Shown: in pieces, positions 1 to 15,036 of the stretch
Position numbering within the stretch: the first letter of the stretch is position 1
Layout of the letters: every line of letters starts with the position of its first letter
Assembly (NCBI GenBank): GCA_023515725.1
Contig: JALDTO010000181.1
Coordinates: 248,001-312,000 of the forward strand
From: Amoeboaphelidium protococcarum X5
Lineage: Eukaryota; Fungi; Aphelidiomycota
DNA length: 64,000 bases
Reading direction: 5' to 3'
Translations under genes and position numbers: made by a program
The notes under the pieces: model-generated
What the model was told of the DNA's origin: nothing
Seen by the model: only the letters and a program-made list of their open reading frames with translations
Database searches by the model: none

Positions 1-1140
1 CTATTTCTTGATCTTATCTTTATGTTTATTATGCGAATAAAGTCTTTTTGACAATATTTGTTATTAATGCCCTCATCTTAGCAGAAGAAGTCTCATATGT
101 AAACATCAAAACGGTCTCTGTCCTGAGACCTCAGCTAGCCTTCCACTCCTAAAAACTTCTTTACCATTTGGTGTTGGGTCTACAGTATTCATAATCACAA
201 TTCTCTCTCCAGAATAGAAGATTTACACGCCAAACCAACCTTTTATGCACAGCAACAGCTCACACTTGAGTCACTGATCTCACACCTGTGACATGCATAC
301 TTTCCAGCTTACAGATACATCTGAGGAACAAATCCGCCCTCATAACTAATCACGCGATAACTGACGTCGTTCATAGCGATATCTTGTTCTGATATTTCAA
401 CTTATCGCAATGAATTAAATCGAAACAATCCATTTGCTGTGTACGAGATTTGATCTCCAGTCGATGTTTCGGCCCCTTGCCAGCAGGCTTTGCGGATGTC
501 TCGTTCCACGTAATTTGTTCAGATATTATTCGTTTTACGGCACCGACCGGCCTTAACCGTCGCCTTTAATAAGGAGAAATTCTGCTGCGCCTCTTTTTTT
601 ATGCTCCTTGCAACATCAACGCTCCGTTGCGTCGTTCATAAGTATCCAGTTTGACTGTAAGTTAAGTTTTATTAATGTGCCTATTTTAAAATAGGGGACG
701 GATCGACGAAAGCTTTGAACTCTCTGATGCGTGCTTGAGTGCTAGATTTGAGAATGCCTCAAGGATGCCGCTCATTGTGTTCGCCAAAGGTGGTGCCAGA
801 CATTGCAAACTAATAGAGTACCATTTGATATACCTGAGTCTAAAGATTTGGACTCTTAAAATCTCACTATTCAATCGACCACGCTTGCTAAGGCTACCTA
901 AACGTTCATCGGTAGATCACTTATCAATTACAGATGGCGTTAGCATAAAGTTTTTTATAACTCAGACCTTAACTATTGCTATTAATTTTAAATTTTCGCG
1001 TTAGTTTGATATACATGGGTGATAAGATTTATATAATGGCATGATCTAGAGCCCTGATTAAGCTTAACGATCTTCATTGATTGTTGTATTGTTCCGGGCA
1101 AACATTTAGATAATCATCCATTTTAACGCCTATATTAACA

Positions 1141-2349
1141 ATGAGCTAGCTTTATAGAACTTATGCATCAGCGATCGCTCTTGTCTTGGTCCATACAAGT
1201 ATCAATGTAGTGTACAAAGTGGCTTAGACTTCTGGGAGCTATCCTTTTAGCACCGCCTCATCTCTGACAATGTCGGAACTGATCAAGATGTGCATAAGCA
1301 TTGTATCAATCCGGATATTTGACAAGGAGTCTGACATCAGTAATCTAAGAAGAATATTCAGTTGGCGAAGCATAGCATAGTCTATTAGATAACATCCAAG
1401 TGGTCACAGTGTTTTGCCCACGACAGAGGAGTCTGGTCATCAGCATCAGAAAGATCGTCCTCTTCTATTGCTGGCTAAAATTTTTGGATTGGCTGCTCTT
1501 TATGCGCTCAATAATAATCTCTCATTCTACCTATTCAAATTGGTAGATCCTGCCACCATTTCATTATTCAAATCAGTATCATCATTCTCAACTGCTATCC
1601 TAATGTTCTTCCTCCTGAGTCGCCCCATTTATCGAACTTAATGGTTTGCGATTATATTCCAGTGTCTTGGTCTTGTCATGTTCCAATGGGATCCTTGTGT
1701 TGGTAAGCCGCTACACGCTCCGTATCTCTACCTCGCTCTCTGCATGGCAGTATCAATCACTACTATAAGCTCTGTATGGAACGATTTTCTATTGAAAAAT
1801 GTTCCCATCTCACTGAACAGTTTCAATGCCATCATGTACGGCTTCGGGGTGTTGCTTAATTTCTGCTTTTATATACATGACGCATATAAAGGCTGGCCCT
1901 CGTTTTTCACTGGTTATACGGGCGGGGCTTGGCTAGTGGTTTTTTGTAATTCAATTATTGGAATCGTGATCACTCTGGTGTACAAATATGGAGATGCTTT
2001 AGTGAAAACATTTGCATCATCCATCACGGCAGTTTTATTGATGGTCATAAGCAGCATATTTTTTGGTCTGCATTCTACGCTAATCACCTGGTTGTCTGGT
2101 ATGATTGTCATCATCGCGACATATATGTATGCAACTGGCGTGCCGTAAAAATCTGGGAACAACAGTAATAGTCACTAGAAATCAGAAGTTGAACTTGAGG
2201 CTCTATCAAAATCAAGCAATGAACAAAGTAAGAATCAAAAGCAAAGTGGCCATTTTAAGTATTATCCCGTGTTGTTAATCTTGGCAGCGGGATCTACTAT
2301 TGGGATCTCCTTCTGGTCCATGGTTCTCTGGAATGACTCTAAATTGTGA
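1141..2349 (+). CDS. SLC35A-family nucleotide-sugar transporter (UDP-Gal/CMP-Sia type)
   Basis: Single ORF ATG1141..TGA2349 with TAR=Gln. Multi-TM protein with ELIK, LYALNNNL..LVDPAT and YKYGDALVKTFASS motifs typical of SLC35A. Confidence 0.85.
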
Positions 2350-2610
2350 TTTTCTCCATAACGATGATGATGATTTAAATGAGCAATATAGATCTGAAAT
2401 TGCGAATATTTCTACCGCTTACAAGTATTGCTTGTTGTGTGGCGTCTTGCTCAAAGTAGTTCTCTTGATTTCTCTCTTCGCTATAGTGACAACGTTAAAC
2501 CGTTCTGACCGCGCAGTCACTTTCACTCAACGAACGATCGCTCGGCCGTCTCTCTTTCGCAAAATTTTACGCACGAGCGAACGGGAAAGGACAACTGTAC
2601 GAGCTATAAT

Positions 2611-4467
2611 ATGAAGACTATAGCGTTGTTGGCAACTTTGACTGTGGCAGCATTGGTCTGTGATGCGAAATCGTCATCAAAGTCTGATGATGATTAATCT
2701 AAGGATAGTTCCTAGAAGTGGACGGTAAGCTCTGCTATATATTCTCGTGTATATTTACTCTCATCGCGACCGTTTTGAGGTGTCTATGTGTAGCCTACTA
2801 GCATTAAGGCGCCTTTTATTGAACAATTCGATGAGAACTGGGATCGTCGCTGGAAGCCTTCTGGTGCTGTAAAGTAGATGCCAGAAGATTACAAATTGAA
2901 TGATGATGATAATCCTGAGGAATTGTTCAGATACCGCGGTGAATGGAAGGTGGACAAGATTGCTAAAGGCGCTCTGCCTGGTGATCGCGCCCTTTTCATG
3001 AAGACTGAAGGAGCCCACCACGCCATCAGTGTCGCATTTCCAAAGCCAGTTGATCCAGAGAACAAGGATTTGGTGGTGTAGTATGAAGTCAAGTTTGGCC
3101 AGGAGTTGCGTTGTACCGGCGCGTACATCAAACTGCTGACCGAGTCTAAGGCTGGAATCAAGTACCACGAATTCGATGACAAGACTCCGTACACCATCAT
3201 GTTTGGTCCTGACATGTGTGGCTCTACTAACAAGGTGCACTTCATCTTCCGTCATAAGAACCCGCTGAATGGAAAGTTTTAGGAGAAGCACTTTATGCAT
3301 CCACCTTCAATCAAGAATGATCTGAAGTCTAACTTGTACACCCTGATTGTTCATCCAAACAACACCTTCCACATTTATATCAATTAGGAGCGTGAGAAGA
3401 CGGGTAATCTGCTGGAAGATTTTGATCCTGCCGTGAATCCACCAAAGGAGCTGAACGATCCTAAAGCCAAGAAGCCTGAAGATTGGGTTGAGGAGCCAAA
3501 GATTCCAGATCCTGATGCCAAGAAGCCAGAAGACTGGGATGAAGATGCACCTAGAATGGTTCCAGATGAGGATGCAGTTAAGCCAGATGACTGGCTGGAA
3601 GATGAGCCGGAATATATCGCTGATCCAGCTGCTGAGAAGCCTGAGGACTGGGACGATGAAGAGGATGGAAAGTGGGTCGCTCCTCAAATCGCTAATCCAG
3701 CTTGTTCATCTGCTAGTGGCTGTGGAAAGTGGACTCCACCAATGAAGCCTAATCCAAAGTACAAGGGGAAATGGTATGCTCCTTTGATTGACAATCCAGC
3801 GTATAAAGGGCCTTGGGAAGCTCCAAAGATTCCTAATCCTGAATACTTTGAGGATTTGACACCAAGTAAGTTTAACAGAATCATGGGCATTGGTATCGAG
3901 AATTGGGTCATGCAGAAGGATGTTCAGTTTGACAACTTCTACGTTGGTCATTCTGTTGAGGATGCTAGAAAGTTTGCCGAGGAGACTTGGAAGGTGAAGC
4001 GTGATCTTGAGGATGCAGAGGAAGCTGCTGCTAGAAAGGCAGCTGAGGATGCTATGGCTAAGGAGGATGACGATGAGTCTGAGGAGGAAGAGGAAGAAGT
4101 GGCTCAACCTACTGATCCATCGAAGCCAAAGAAAAGCAAGAAGAAGGGTAAGAAGTCTGGCAAGCTCTCGTACAAGAAGGTGCAGCGTATTTTGACCCAA
4201 TTTATGGACGCACTCATGGTTGATCCTGTTAAGGCTGTCTAGAAATTTCCGTATGTCGCAGGTACTGTGTTAGCAGTTGTTCTTGCTCCGTTGTATCTGC
4301 TCATGGCCTTCAGCGGATCCAAAGTGAAGAAGGTGGCGAAGGATGCCAAGATTAAAGCTGGTGCTGCCGTCGCAAATGGACATCATGCTGATGGAGAAGC
4401 AGAGGAGGATGAGGTAGAGGAGAATGAAAATAAGCCTCGTAAGAGACGCGTCAATAAGGAGGAATGA
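2611..4467 (+). CDS. CNE1: Calnexin; intron 2725-2793
   Basis: Signal peptide, [12 protein letters not shown]-domain repeats ([15 protein letters not shown], GKWxxPxIxNP), TM segment and acidic/basic tail. Ends in TGA. Confidence 0.95.
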
Positions 4468-4569
4468 GAATTGATTATCATTTGAAAATTGAATATGAAT
4501 AGTATATTCAATCTTAGTCCATTCTGCCCAAGTTTTACCTTCTGAATTGAAATGCATCCTAGTTAACAA

Positions 4570-5480
4570 TCATTTCACTATTTGATGAATTCCTGCTTCT
4601 GGATAAACTTTATTTCTTTTACAGATTGGTGAGAACCAGGTGGTGGTGGTCTGATCAGTACTAAGGGAAGTGCTTTCTTAATTTCGTTTCATTCGCGCAT
4701 ATTCAACAGTTGTCATATGCATAAGATCTACACTGATACTGACGATTAAAATAGTCTAAAATGCAAACATTTACACATAATATTACCTAGAACAAAGAAA
4801 TGGAATGAATACAGATAAAGCAAGTAAACACCACTTACCAAAATAATAGTAGTACCGGCAGATGCAAAAGTCACGATAACAATGGATGCCCATAGATTCA
4901 ACTCAAAGACTGACAAAAACGCGAGATTACCGTATAGAGCAAATCGGATCACTACTGACCACAGGCAAATGACAGTCTAAATTAAGAACAAAACTGCACC
5001 TGCCAGAACTAGTCACCGAAACAGCAAGTAGTTACCTTATCCAATGCAGGTGTTTAAGAAAAAACAGTGATGATCCATCTTGAGAATACACTTGTCGCAA
5101 TATCTGCAATGAATCGTGTCAATTGAAACATCCAATGAACACTTGAAACATCGCTTGATCTGCGGATTCAACTAAACAGGCGATGAAACAGATTGAGAAA
5201 ATTCATCATTAATTTCTGTACCGTTTCTAGTAAGGCCAATATCTCTAGAGATGATCATTTACCCGACAATAATGCAGAATATGTAAATACTCAAAGTACT
5301 TATCAGTAAGAGTATTCTGACCAGCATTAGTTACTGTGAATCTACTTATATCATACTTAGAGCAGTATCATCAAGAATCAAAGGACATCCTACCACTAGA
5401 ATCAAAGTGTACAACATCATCACCATCATGTATATAAACCTCTTGGCGTATGGAATTTACCACCCATTTGACTTTCTCAT
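4570..5480 (-). CDS. DHHC palmitoyltransferase with an in-frame TGA at codon 156 (5013-5015); intron 4728-4786
   Basis: MRKSNGWQIP N-terminus, two TMs, CFKC..[35 protein letters not shown], two more TMs, then HMTTVEY (TTxE motif) after splicing. May be a readthrough gene or a recent pseudogene. Confidence 0.85.
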
Positions 5481-5817
5481 ATTGAATGTCGATTAAATAA
5501 TCTATTTGAAGATGTTATACTAATTATGCTCGACTACCTGCTAAATACGGAGCAAAACAGTGGAAAGAGAGCAAAAATGAAGTCTCGAAACAACTCTAAG
5601 GAAAGCAGCGAGAAGAATTGGAAATTTAATCTCAAAAGGCAGTCGCGCCGATAAAGTTTTAGGGAGCTAATACAGTGGAAATAGAAAAATTCGCAAAAGA
5701 ATACTGGTTAATTTCTTCTCCGTTGTACTGTAGTAAGTCCATCAAATTATATCCTCGCTGTCTTCCTTACTCTGGGAATTTCATCCGAATAGTTGCATCT
5801 ATTAGAATTTTAACTCT

Positions 5818-7443
5818 ATGGCAATCTGCAGGTAGTGGCGTAGATTTTAAAGCGGGCAGGGGAAATTGTCTCTCAGATTGGATGTATAACCGTAATAGTG
5901 TGGTGTTTACAGCACCAGGGGAATTAGAAGGTATAATGAAGATATGTTTGTGAAGTAGAAGATACAGCTGGGCAAGACTGATGCCATATTGCTAGGTGTT
6001 TTTGATGGTCATGGAGGTCCGAAAGCGTCAGAATATGTCTCTAGTAATCTTGCGACACAACTTTAGTCTGTATATAGTGGAATATATGATAGTGAGCAAT
6101 CGCGACAGAAAGATGACAAAGTGACAGCACGGGGACTGCATTAACACTAATCTATGCTTGAGTAGAGTTTGAAGGAGACTTTTCGCCTGCTGGATTCTGA
6201 ATTTCGATAATCACAGCCAGATGGATCCAGAGATGGTACCACCGCTTCAGTCGCCGTACTCTAGTCTATACAAGTCCCATACAAACCGTCATCGCTTAAT
6301 CCTCCTCTTCCATCTCTGCTGATGACAGTTGCGCATCTTGGAGACACTCGAATTTTGATGAGCGATGTCATGCTGGGCAATGCGCAAGTTCTCACCACGG
6401 ATCATTCTCCTACTCTGTCCTCTGAGAGGAAGCGGTTGGAGAAGGCTGGCGGATTTGTAGTGGCAGACTCCTTTGGTCATGTTAATGCATTAGGTGTGCT
6501 GGGCGTCACCAGGTCGATTGGTGTAAAATTCCTAAAAGATAAATACGGCGATGAAGTGCTTTCATGTGAACCAGATATTATACACCGATCGCTGACTGAT
6601 AAAGACTCATTCCTACTATTCCTTACTGATGGCGTGATGAGTGTCATGTCCAACCAGGAAGCTGTGGACATTGTAAAGCATTGTAAAGAGCCATAATCTG
6701 CAGCGTCAACTCTCGTTGATTACGCTGAGAGATTTGGCACGCAGGATAATTGCACAGCGCTAGTGTTCAGGCTAGAAGGCTGGAAGATGGATAAGAGTGC
6801 TGGTGCTCAGACAACGCGCGATTTCACGGCTAATCTTCGAAAATTCAAGTTGAAGCACTCGAGCAGTGGGCGAGTCAGTCAAAGTCTATCTGCAGATTAT
6901 AAAGATTTGGATGAAGATATTATGGAAGAGCTGGCCGGTTCTATGCTTATGAACAAGGTATTAGCCGAGGAGGGTGTTGATTAGTACAGCGTAGATCATA
7001 TACGCTCCCAGCTGAATCCGTCTGATGCTCTAAAGAGTGCTAAAAACTTTAAAGAAGTTCCCATCACGAGGTTTGTTTTGGAATTATTCGATGCTGCTGA
7101 CAAAGATGCCGGTGATCTTGACGAAGATTAGTCCCCCTCTACTGGCGATTTATCCAAGTTATCCCGAGATGAGGTGAAGGATTGCGTTCACTCTCTCGGT
7201 GTCGTGTTTAAAAGATACAACAAGTCAGACAATGGTTAATCTTCATAGCCTTCATCGCCATTAAAGTCATAATAGCAAAAAAAGCTAGTCGAAGTAGCTC
7301 CAGGAGATTTCATCTCTTAGCTACCGTTCCAAGGCTAGCTCATATCTGCTTCGTCTTTAATGGATTATCTGCAGAAAAGCTAGATTCGAATTCTGATCAA
7401 AGACACTAGCAAAATTACTAATACCGATAACAACGCGTCATGA
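5818..7443 (+). CDS. Protein phosphatase 2C (PPM family) with C-terminal extension
   Basis: RRYNED, GVFDGHGG, DGTTA, AHLGDTR, DHSP, GVTRSIG, LTDGV and QDNCT motifs. Arg-rich N-terminus resembles a mitochondrial presequence. Confidence 0.9.
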
Positions 7444-7755
7444 CATTTTTGATTGCTTTAATATTTTGTTATCTATTATATATATTGCTCCTATTCATCA
7501 TTTTTCCTATGCTCTTCTTTTAATTCCGGATAAATATTAAGCTTTTTCAATGGTACAGCGTCTAACTAAGGCTTCAGTCGATAAGTTAGCTGTATTGTTT
7601 GATCGCTCAATGGGCAAACATCATCACTGTCGTTAATCACTTGAATTCATCCCCTATTTACTTTCAAACAATCATATTTCTTTGTCAGTATAGATTTTTT
7701 CTTATATACAGTTCAAGTATTACTCTTGTTATATACACATAATAAAGCGAACAGT

Positions 7756-9200
7756 ATGAGTGCTAAAGAAAAGGGAAACTATGAGAAAGAGCTTCGGGAA
7801 ATGCTGAGAGATCCGGAGAATGCGAAATGCGGTGATTGTGGACAGAAAGGGCCTCGCTGGGCCTCTTACAACTTGGGAGTATTTCTATGCATAAGGTAAA
7901 TTGTTGATTATGTGCATGATATGTAATAGATTTGATTATTCGATAATGTAGATGCGGTGGTTTGCATAGAAAGTTGGGCACTCATCTGTCGAAGGTGAGG
8001 TCGATCACTCTCGATTAGTGGACGTTGGAGCAGATTTAGCAGATGCAGAAATGGGGTAATGTCAAAGCGAATAGGCAATTCTGTCCCCGGCCTGAACTCT
8101 TCCCTGTGCCCACAAATTCCTCATCTGATGGGGACATGGAGATGTACATCCGCGACAAGTATGAGTACAAAAAGTTCATGTTCCCAGAGTCTAGCAATAG
8201 TAGATTTAAGATCAGCGTATTGCCGCAGACTGCTGAGAAGTATCAACATTTGGTCAAGTAATTACAAGCGATGGGCTATCATTCAAATACATTATGTCTA
8301 TACGCCTTGCAGGAACACGGCGGCAATGTTTAGGATGCATCTCAGTGGTTATAGAAGTAATCAAGAGCTGTGTACGTTGATCCTCCATCGTTTGACGAGC
8401 GCCGCAAGTCGTTTATGATGGAGCAAGAGTAGCGGCGTAAGAGCGAAGAGGAGCAGAGACGAAAATCATCCGCCAATTCGTCAATATTGGCTGGTGATGA
8501 CACTGCTCAACGTTCCCAAATCTAATAGGCTGTGGGTAACGTGGCGCGCAGAGTGGATACTCGATCTGATTCTGGTCACTCTATCGGGGTAAAGATTACC
8601 ACTCCAGTTATAGTGGAGGAATCGCTTCTTCTAGACGTGTTATCCACTGCACCTAACAATGCTTAGCCGGCTGGTGTGTAATATAATCAGAGTTAAAGCA
8701 TGGCACAAGTACAGCCTCAGAATGGAACTGCTTCTGCTACTGTGATGCAGCCAGAGTAGAGTAAGCCAATGCTGAATAAGAATAGTATATTGGCATTGTA
8801 CAACTAACCGTCCACAATCTTATAACTATAATAATCGCCATTTACTGGATCTCCTATGATGATGGCGCCTCCGTAATAGTAATAATAATAACAGTACTTC
8901 TCCTCAGGCTCTCAATTCAATCTGCAATCAAATTTTGGATAAAGTTATACGTATGGTCCGGGAATCTAATAGGGTGGAAAGAATTAGTAATTTTAGCCAA
9001 TGGGTTAGCCAGGATTGCAATAGTAGAATCCATTTGGACTTCCATTTTAGAATTCTCCAGTTTAGTAATAACAATATTAACAATAATTTTAACAACCTGG
9101 AACGTATTTCGATGGCAATAATTAAGGTGTAAACTCTAATCCTTTTCTGACTAATAGCAACTAAAAATAAAGTGGATAACGTCCAAACTTCCCGTTCTGA
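7756..9200 (+). CDS. ArfGAP with UBA domain and Gln/Asn/Pro-rich tail (SMAP/Gts1-like); intron 7896-7951
   Basis: CGDC..[38 protein letters not shown], UBA-like LQAMGY..ALQEHGGNVQDA, KNSILALY and NPF motifs. Confidence 0.9.
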
Positions 9201-9282
9201 TTATAAGATGTGATTATATTGTAACTGAATTTAGAATAAAAGATTAAGATTAGTATAAATAATGCACGTAAAGTATTCATTC

Positions 9283-10323
9283 TCACTTTGCCACTTCATT
9301 ATTGTTAGAGTCTGCGTTTAATGACAAGTCCTTCATAAATGAACTAACATTTCGCTCATTTCTGACTTTATTGCTGAGATCTTACTTCGATAAAACTTCC
9401 AGATACTCTCTCTTACTCTCAGCAATGGCATCAAGTAGATCATCCATTCCCTCGCCGGTGACAGCACTAACCCGAACAACTTTTAAAAGAGCATAGAAAT
9501 CTTCCAATGCCAAGGCCATGGACGTGCAAAGTGAAGACATGAACGTGGAATCTTCCATCAAAGCCGCCTGAAAAGTGTCAAAATCTTTCATCCAATCAAC
9601 CGCAAACTAGGCTTTATCGCTGACTTTATCAATCTTGTTTATAACCACAACCATTTTAAGAGGGAGCGGATGTTTAGCACCTGAAGCTTTACCACTCTAA
9701 ACGGTAGTGGTGGATGTTGAGTGAGAATCCTTGTATAAGATGGAGCAGGCGTACAACATGTTAGACATGAACGTGGTGGGATGAGTGATCCTTTACGCGT
9801 CAATCACGTACAAAAACACTGTCGGATAAGAATTTATGAGACATTGCGTGATGATACTTCCACTAGCTGACCATGTGAACACTTCAATCTGGCCTGGAGT
9901 ATCTACAAGCAAATAATCAAGTCTCTTATTGCCATGAACATCACCATCATCATCATCTTGGCCATCACCATCTTCTGCTTTAACATTAATCCTCTCATCC
10001 ACCACATCCAATACTTGATCAAATTTAGTGGCAAACAGATTCAGACTAGTCATGATACCACCATTCGGACCCAGTTTATACTCCTTCATCACACCCTTGT
10101 AATCGATAGTGTCGCGTATATCTATAGTTGGTTCATAGGGAATGTGCAATACTGCAGGATCAAGATTGATGACAAACTACTCCTTGTCCCGTCGAGAGCA
10201 TTCAGTTATCAGACGCTGCATCAGAGTAGTCTTTCCACTGCCAGCCATACCGATATTTAGCACACATGCCGGATACAGTTTATCCAGCTATTCCACATCT
10301 AACGCAGTTTAAGAAGAAGACAT
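9283..10323 (-). CDS. GPN1: GPN-loop GTPase 1 (Npa3/XAB1)
   Basis: [52 protein letters not shown] and SAVTGEG. Confidence 0.95.
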
Positions 10324-10528
10324 ATTAACTCTTATAGTGTACAAGTAATCAGCAGAAAATCGATTCAAAATTGTCCACTAGTGAAAAAAGAAGAAGAAAT
10401 TCTCTCCGAGATCAAACGTTTCTCTCGCGCGTTTTGTTTCATCAGGGGAAGTAAAGGAAAAGTCGACAGGACGTTCATTTATTAGCGAGACTTATTAGCG
10501 AGCGAGCGTTTTGTGAGATACAGTAAGT

Positions 10529-12490
10529 ATGTCAGTTGAAGAAGGAGAAGAAGACTTGCTGCATGCATTGCTGGATGAAGATGATAGTGATACTGAAGCT
10601 GATGATGGCACCTTGGATGAGAGTGGAGTTCCCGGAACAATTAAATAAGCGTTGAGTGTAGTAAACTCTTATGCGCGCAAATGTTCAGGTATTTTCTTCG
10701 CTCTGATACAACCAAATGAGAGCCGACGATGCTTTAAATATAGGTGTATTGTAGGCAACTAAACGCAAGTGTTATTGCGAGAACTGAATGCCACGTATAA
10801 GATGATTCTGAAAAGGCTGAAGAGTGAAGAGTAGTAATTAGAGGTGGCGAATGGATCCAAGTGGAGTAAAATACTGGAAAAGAACTATGAGTTAGTAAAG
10901 GAGCGCCAGAGTCTTTAGCCGTCGTTTGAAAAAGTTGAAACATTGGCCCTATCATCAGGAGAGGTTGATTCCACATCTGGTATATCTATATGTGATCGCG
11001 CTCTCTCTGCTGACAGTATTTAGACTTTAGTTAAGGATTCCAAAGTGGTACAGCTTAGTAACATTGTGGCTGGATCTGCTGTTGTTGCCGAGCTATCTCA
11101 ACACAATTGGGTCACTTTTGGCATCATCACAGAGAAAGCGGTGATGCACAACAAAGGCAAAGGTCCATTCGTGGTGTTGAAGATCAGTCAGATGAATGAG
11201 CTGGACTGTCCGATATTCTCCCTCTTTCTCAATGATGACGCGTATGAATAACACTGGAAATCACTGTCTGTGTCTGCTTAATCTTCTGTGATTCTCATTG
11301 CGAATCCAAACATTATTCCACCCACTGATAAAGTAAATAAGAACGTGGCATTTGCTGTGAGTAAGGCGAATCAATTCTTCCAAGTGGGCAAGTTTACTCA
11401 TTTTGGACTGTGCAGAGGAGTGGCATTTAAATCGCAAGCAGCATGTACTATGCCAGTTAATCAGAAAATTGGAGATTATTGTAGGCATCACATCAGTTAG
11501 ATGAGGAAAAGATAGTTATAGAATAGGCCACACATGGCAAGTACAGTTCAACTTGACAAGTCCAATAAGTCATCAGATGGTGTCTATTTCGTTAATGGTT
11601 TCTTGACCTCTACCACTGCTGTCTCTACTAAATAGCTATAGCACTAAGTAGCTAATGCTCCTACTACAGTTGTCAATAAGAACAGTAAAGCAAGTGCCTC
11701 TTCCAATAGAACATAACAGCCTATGAGTAAAGATTAGGAGAGACTGGTAAAGAAGATGTTAAAGTAAAAGTCTTTAGGTGGCAGATACGTGTAAATGTTG
11801 AGAACCGGGTAGGATATGTTTGAAAGTCATAAAGAGTCTACGAATTTGAGTCCTCAGAAGAGTGCTGACTCTAAACCTCTGACGGATCTAAGAAGTCTGT
11901 TTCAATCTTCTTCTGGTACTACGTCCGATAATGGCTCGTCTACCGCTGACTAGAGTGGATCTGATAAGAATGACACTGTGGAGTTGTAAATCGAATAGGA
12001 TGAAGCACTCGGCGGTGGTGCGTCAGCTAGATCCTCTTCTATGAAGCGTATCATTGAATAGGCACAGAGAAAGTCTAAAAAGGCTAAAGTTAATGTCAGT
12101 TTATAGCCGCCTGCCTGTGATTAGAACAATAAATAATCTTTGAAGAATACGCTTAAAGTCAATGCTGGTAGTGGAGTTCATTCAATGCAGATGCATCAGT
12201 TTTATTGCTTATAGTGCTCCAAGTTGTCATCATTTCAGAATGAGACGTGCGCATAATTAAAGCATTCATTTGAGGGGAAGACGGTTAGCAAAACCTTTTG
12301 GAAGTGTCTTTAATGCGATGCTCTACCCGTTGAAGTTGTCAATAGCGAGAATCCTCCCACATTCTGTTGCAAAGGATGCAATGCTTCAGATTGGACTGAA
12401 GGTTACAGACCACAGGTATGCCTTTCTTGTAATAGTGAACACGATGATATTTATATGTAATTGTAGGGAAACACCTTGAAGAATTGCTGA
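10529..12490 (+). CDS. MCM10: Minichromosome maintenance protein 10; introns 10689-10754 and probably 12416-12466
   Basis: OB fold (NWVTFGII), CCCH finger (GLCRG..CTMPVN..DYCRHH) and a C-terminal Cys-rich domain. Confidence 0.85.
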
Positions 12491-12591
12491 TGAGATAGCA
12501 TGCTGAATCAAAAGTGTCAATAGCTATTAATGTTGACCTGAATTATGATAAAATTGAACTTTTGATTTACTTTTCATTCCAAATGCTCAAC

Positions 12592-14091
<1,500 letters not shown>

Positions 14092-14495
14092 CTAATAATA
14101 ATTTAAAAGTTGATAGTTGAGATTTATAGTCAATGCCTAACGTATTACAATATGAATAAAGGAAATAGCTGATGGATAAAATCTCAAAGATGTTTTCTTT
14201 TTGCGATGGCGGCGCGAGAAGAAACAAAATTTTGAGCCGTTCCCTTTTCATTCTGTAGCGTTGGGGCCGTTGCTTTTGTGATGGTCTCATAACTTGTAGT
14301 ATCTGAGCATACACTTCAATAATAGTAGGTAATGACTCTATAATATCGCGTTAGACCGTTTGGCCACATATTATGTGGTGATAAGCTGCGAGATTTTACA
14401 ATTCTAATATATCAACATGGATCTTGCCCCAGACACGTACTGTATATGGAATCCCCGTAATTGCAATGAGGTCTCTAAAGCCTAAATATTTTTAT

Positions 14496-14837
14496 TCAGC
14501 TTATCAAAATTTCAATAAAGTCTATTCGATCATGATTTTCAAATTCAATTATCAAGGACGCCTGTTTTATCTTTCGCCGTGTTGCAGTTCCCGTAGCGCT
14601 CAGAAAATGAATAATGCTCATGTAGGGCATATCCAACTCAGCGCTGTTAACAGTACCGAACTAGCCAAATTTCGGCTGCTTGCAATACACCATTGATACT
14701 GTCCATAGATTCAGGACAGAGCTATTGATGCGATAGTTCCCATTCTCATCAATCAGCCTCATCAATCCCATCGCGTAAATCCAGTTAACATTACTAGATT
14801 ATAAACAAGGGTCTTTGATGCAGTAAATATCAGACAT
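14496..14837 (-). CDS. Hypothetical 113-aa protein
   Basis: ATG..TGA ORF (MSDIYCIKDPC...IEILIS) with protein-like composition and no recognised motif. ORFs this long can arise by chance with a single stop codon. Confidence 0.3.
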
Positions 14838-15036
14838 TGAGAATATTCACTTTTGTTTGTGAACCTGACACAATTCGACTTAGGAGGGATGTAAATGATT
14901 GCAAAATTCCGGGTAACCCCTTTTTTAGCCGCGCCACTCAATCACGAAATTTTCAAAAGTTTTAGACATCTAAGTTTTCCTAGAAAACTGATTAAAGTGA
15001 TATTGTTAATCTCTCGCATCACTATATTATTATATC

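Noticed and set aside
1-1100. Possible gene fragments and short ORF-track entries at the window start
   Set aside because: The frames I tried hit TGA and showed no recognisable motif, so no model can be supported.
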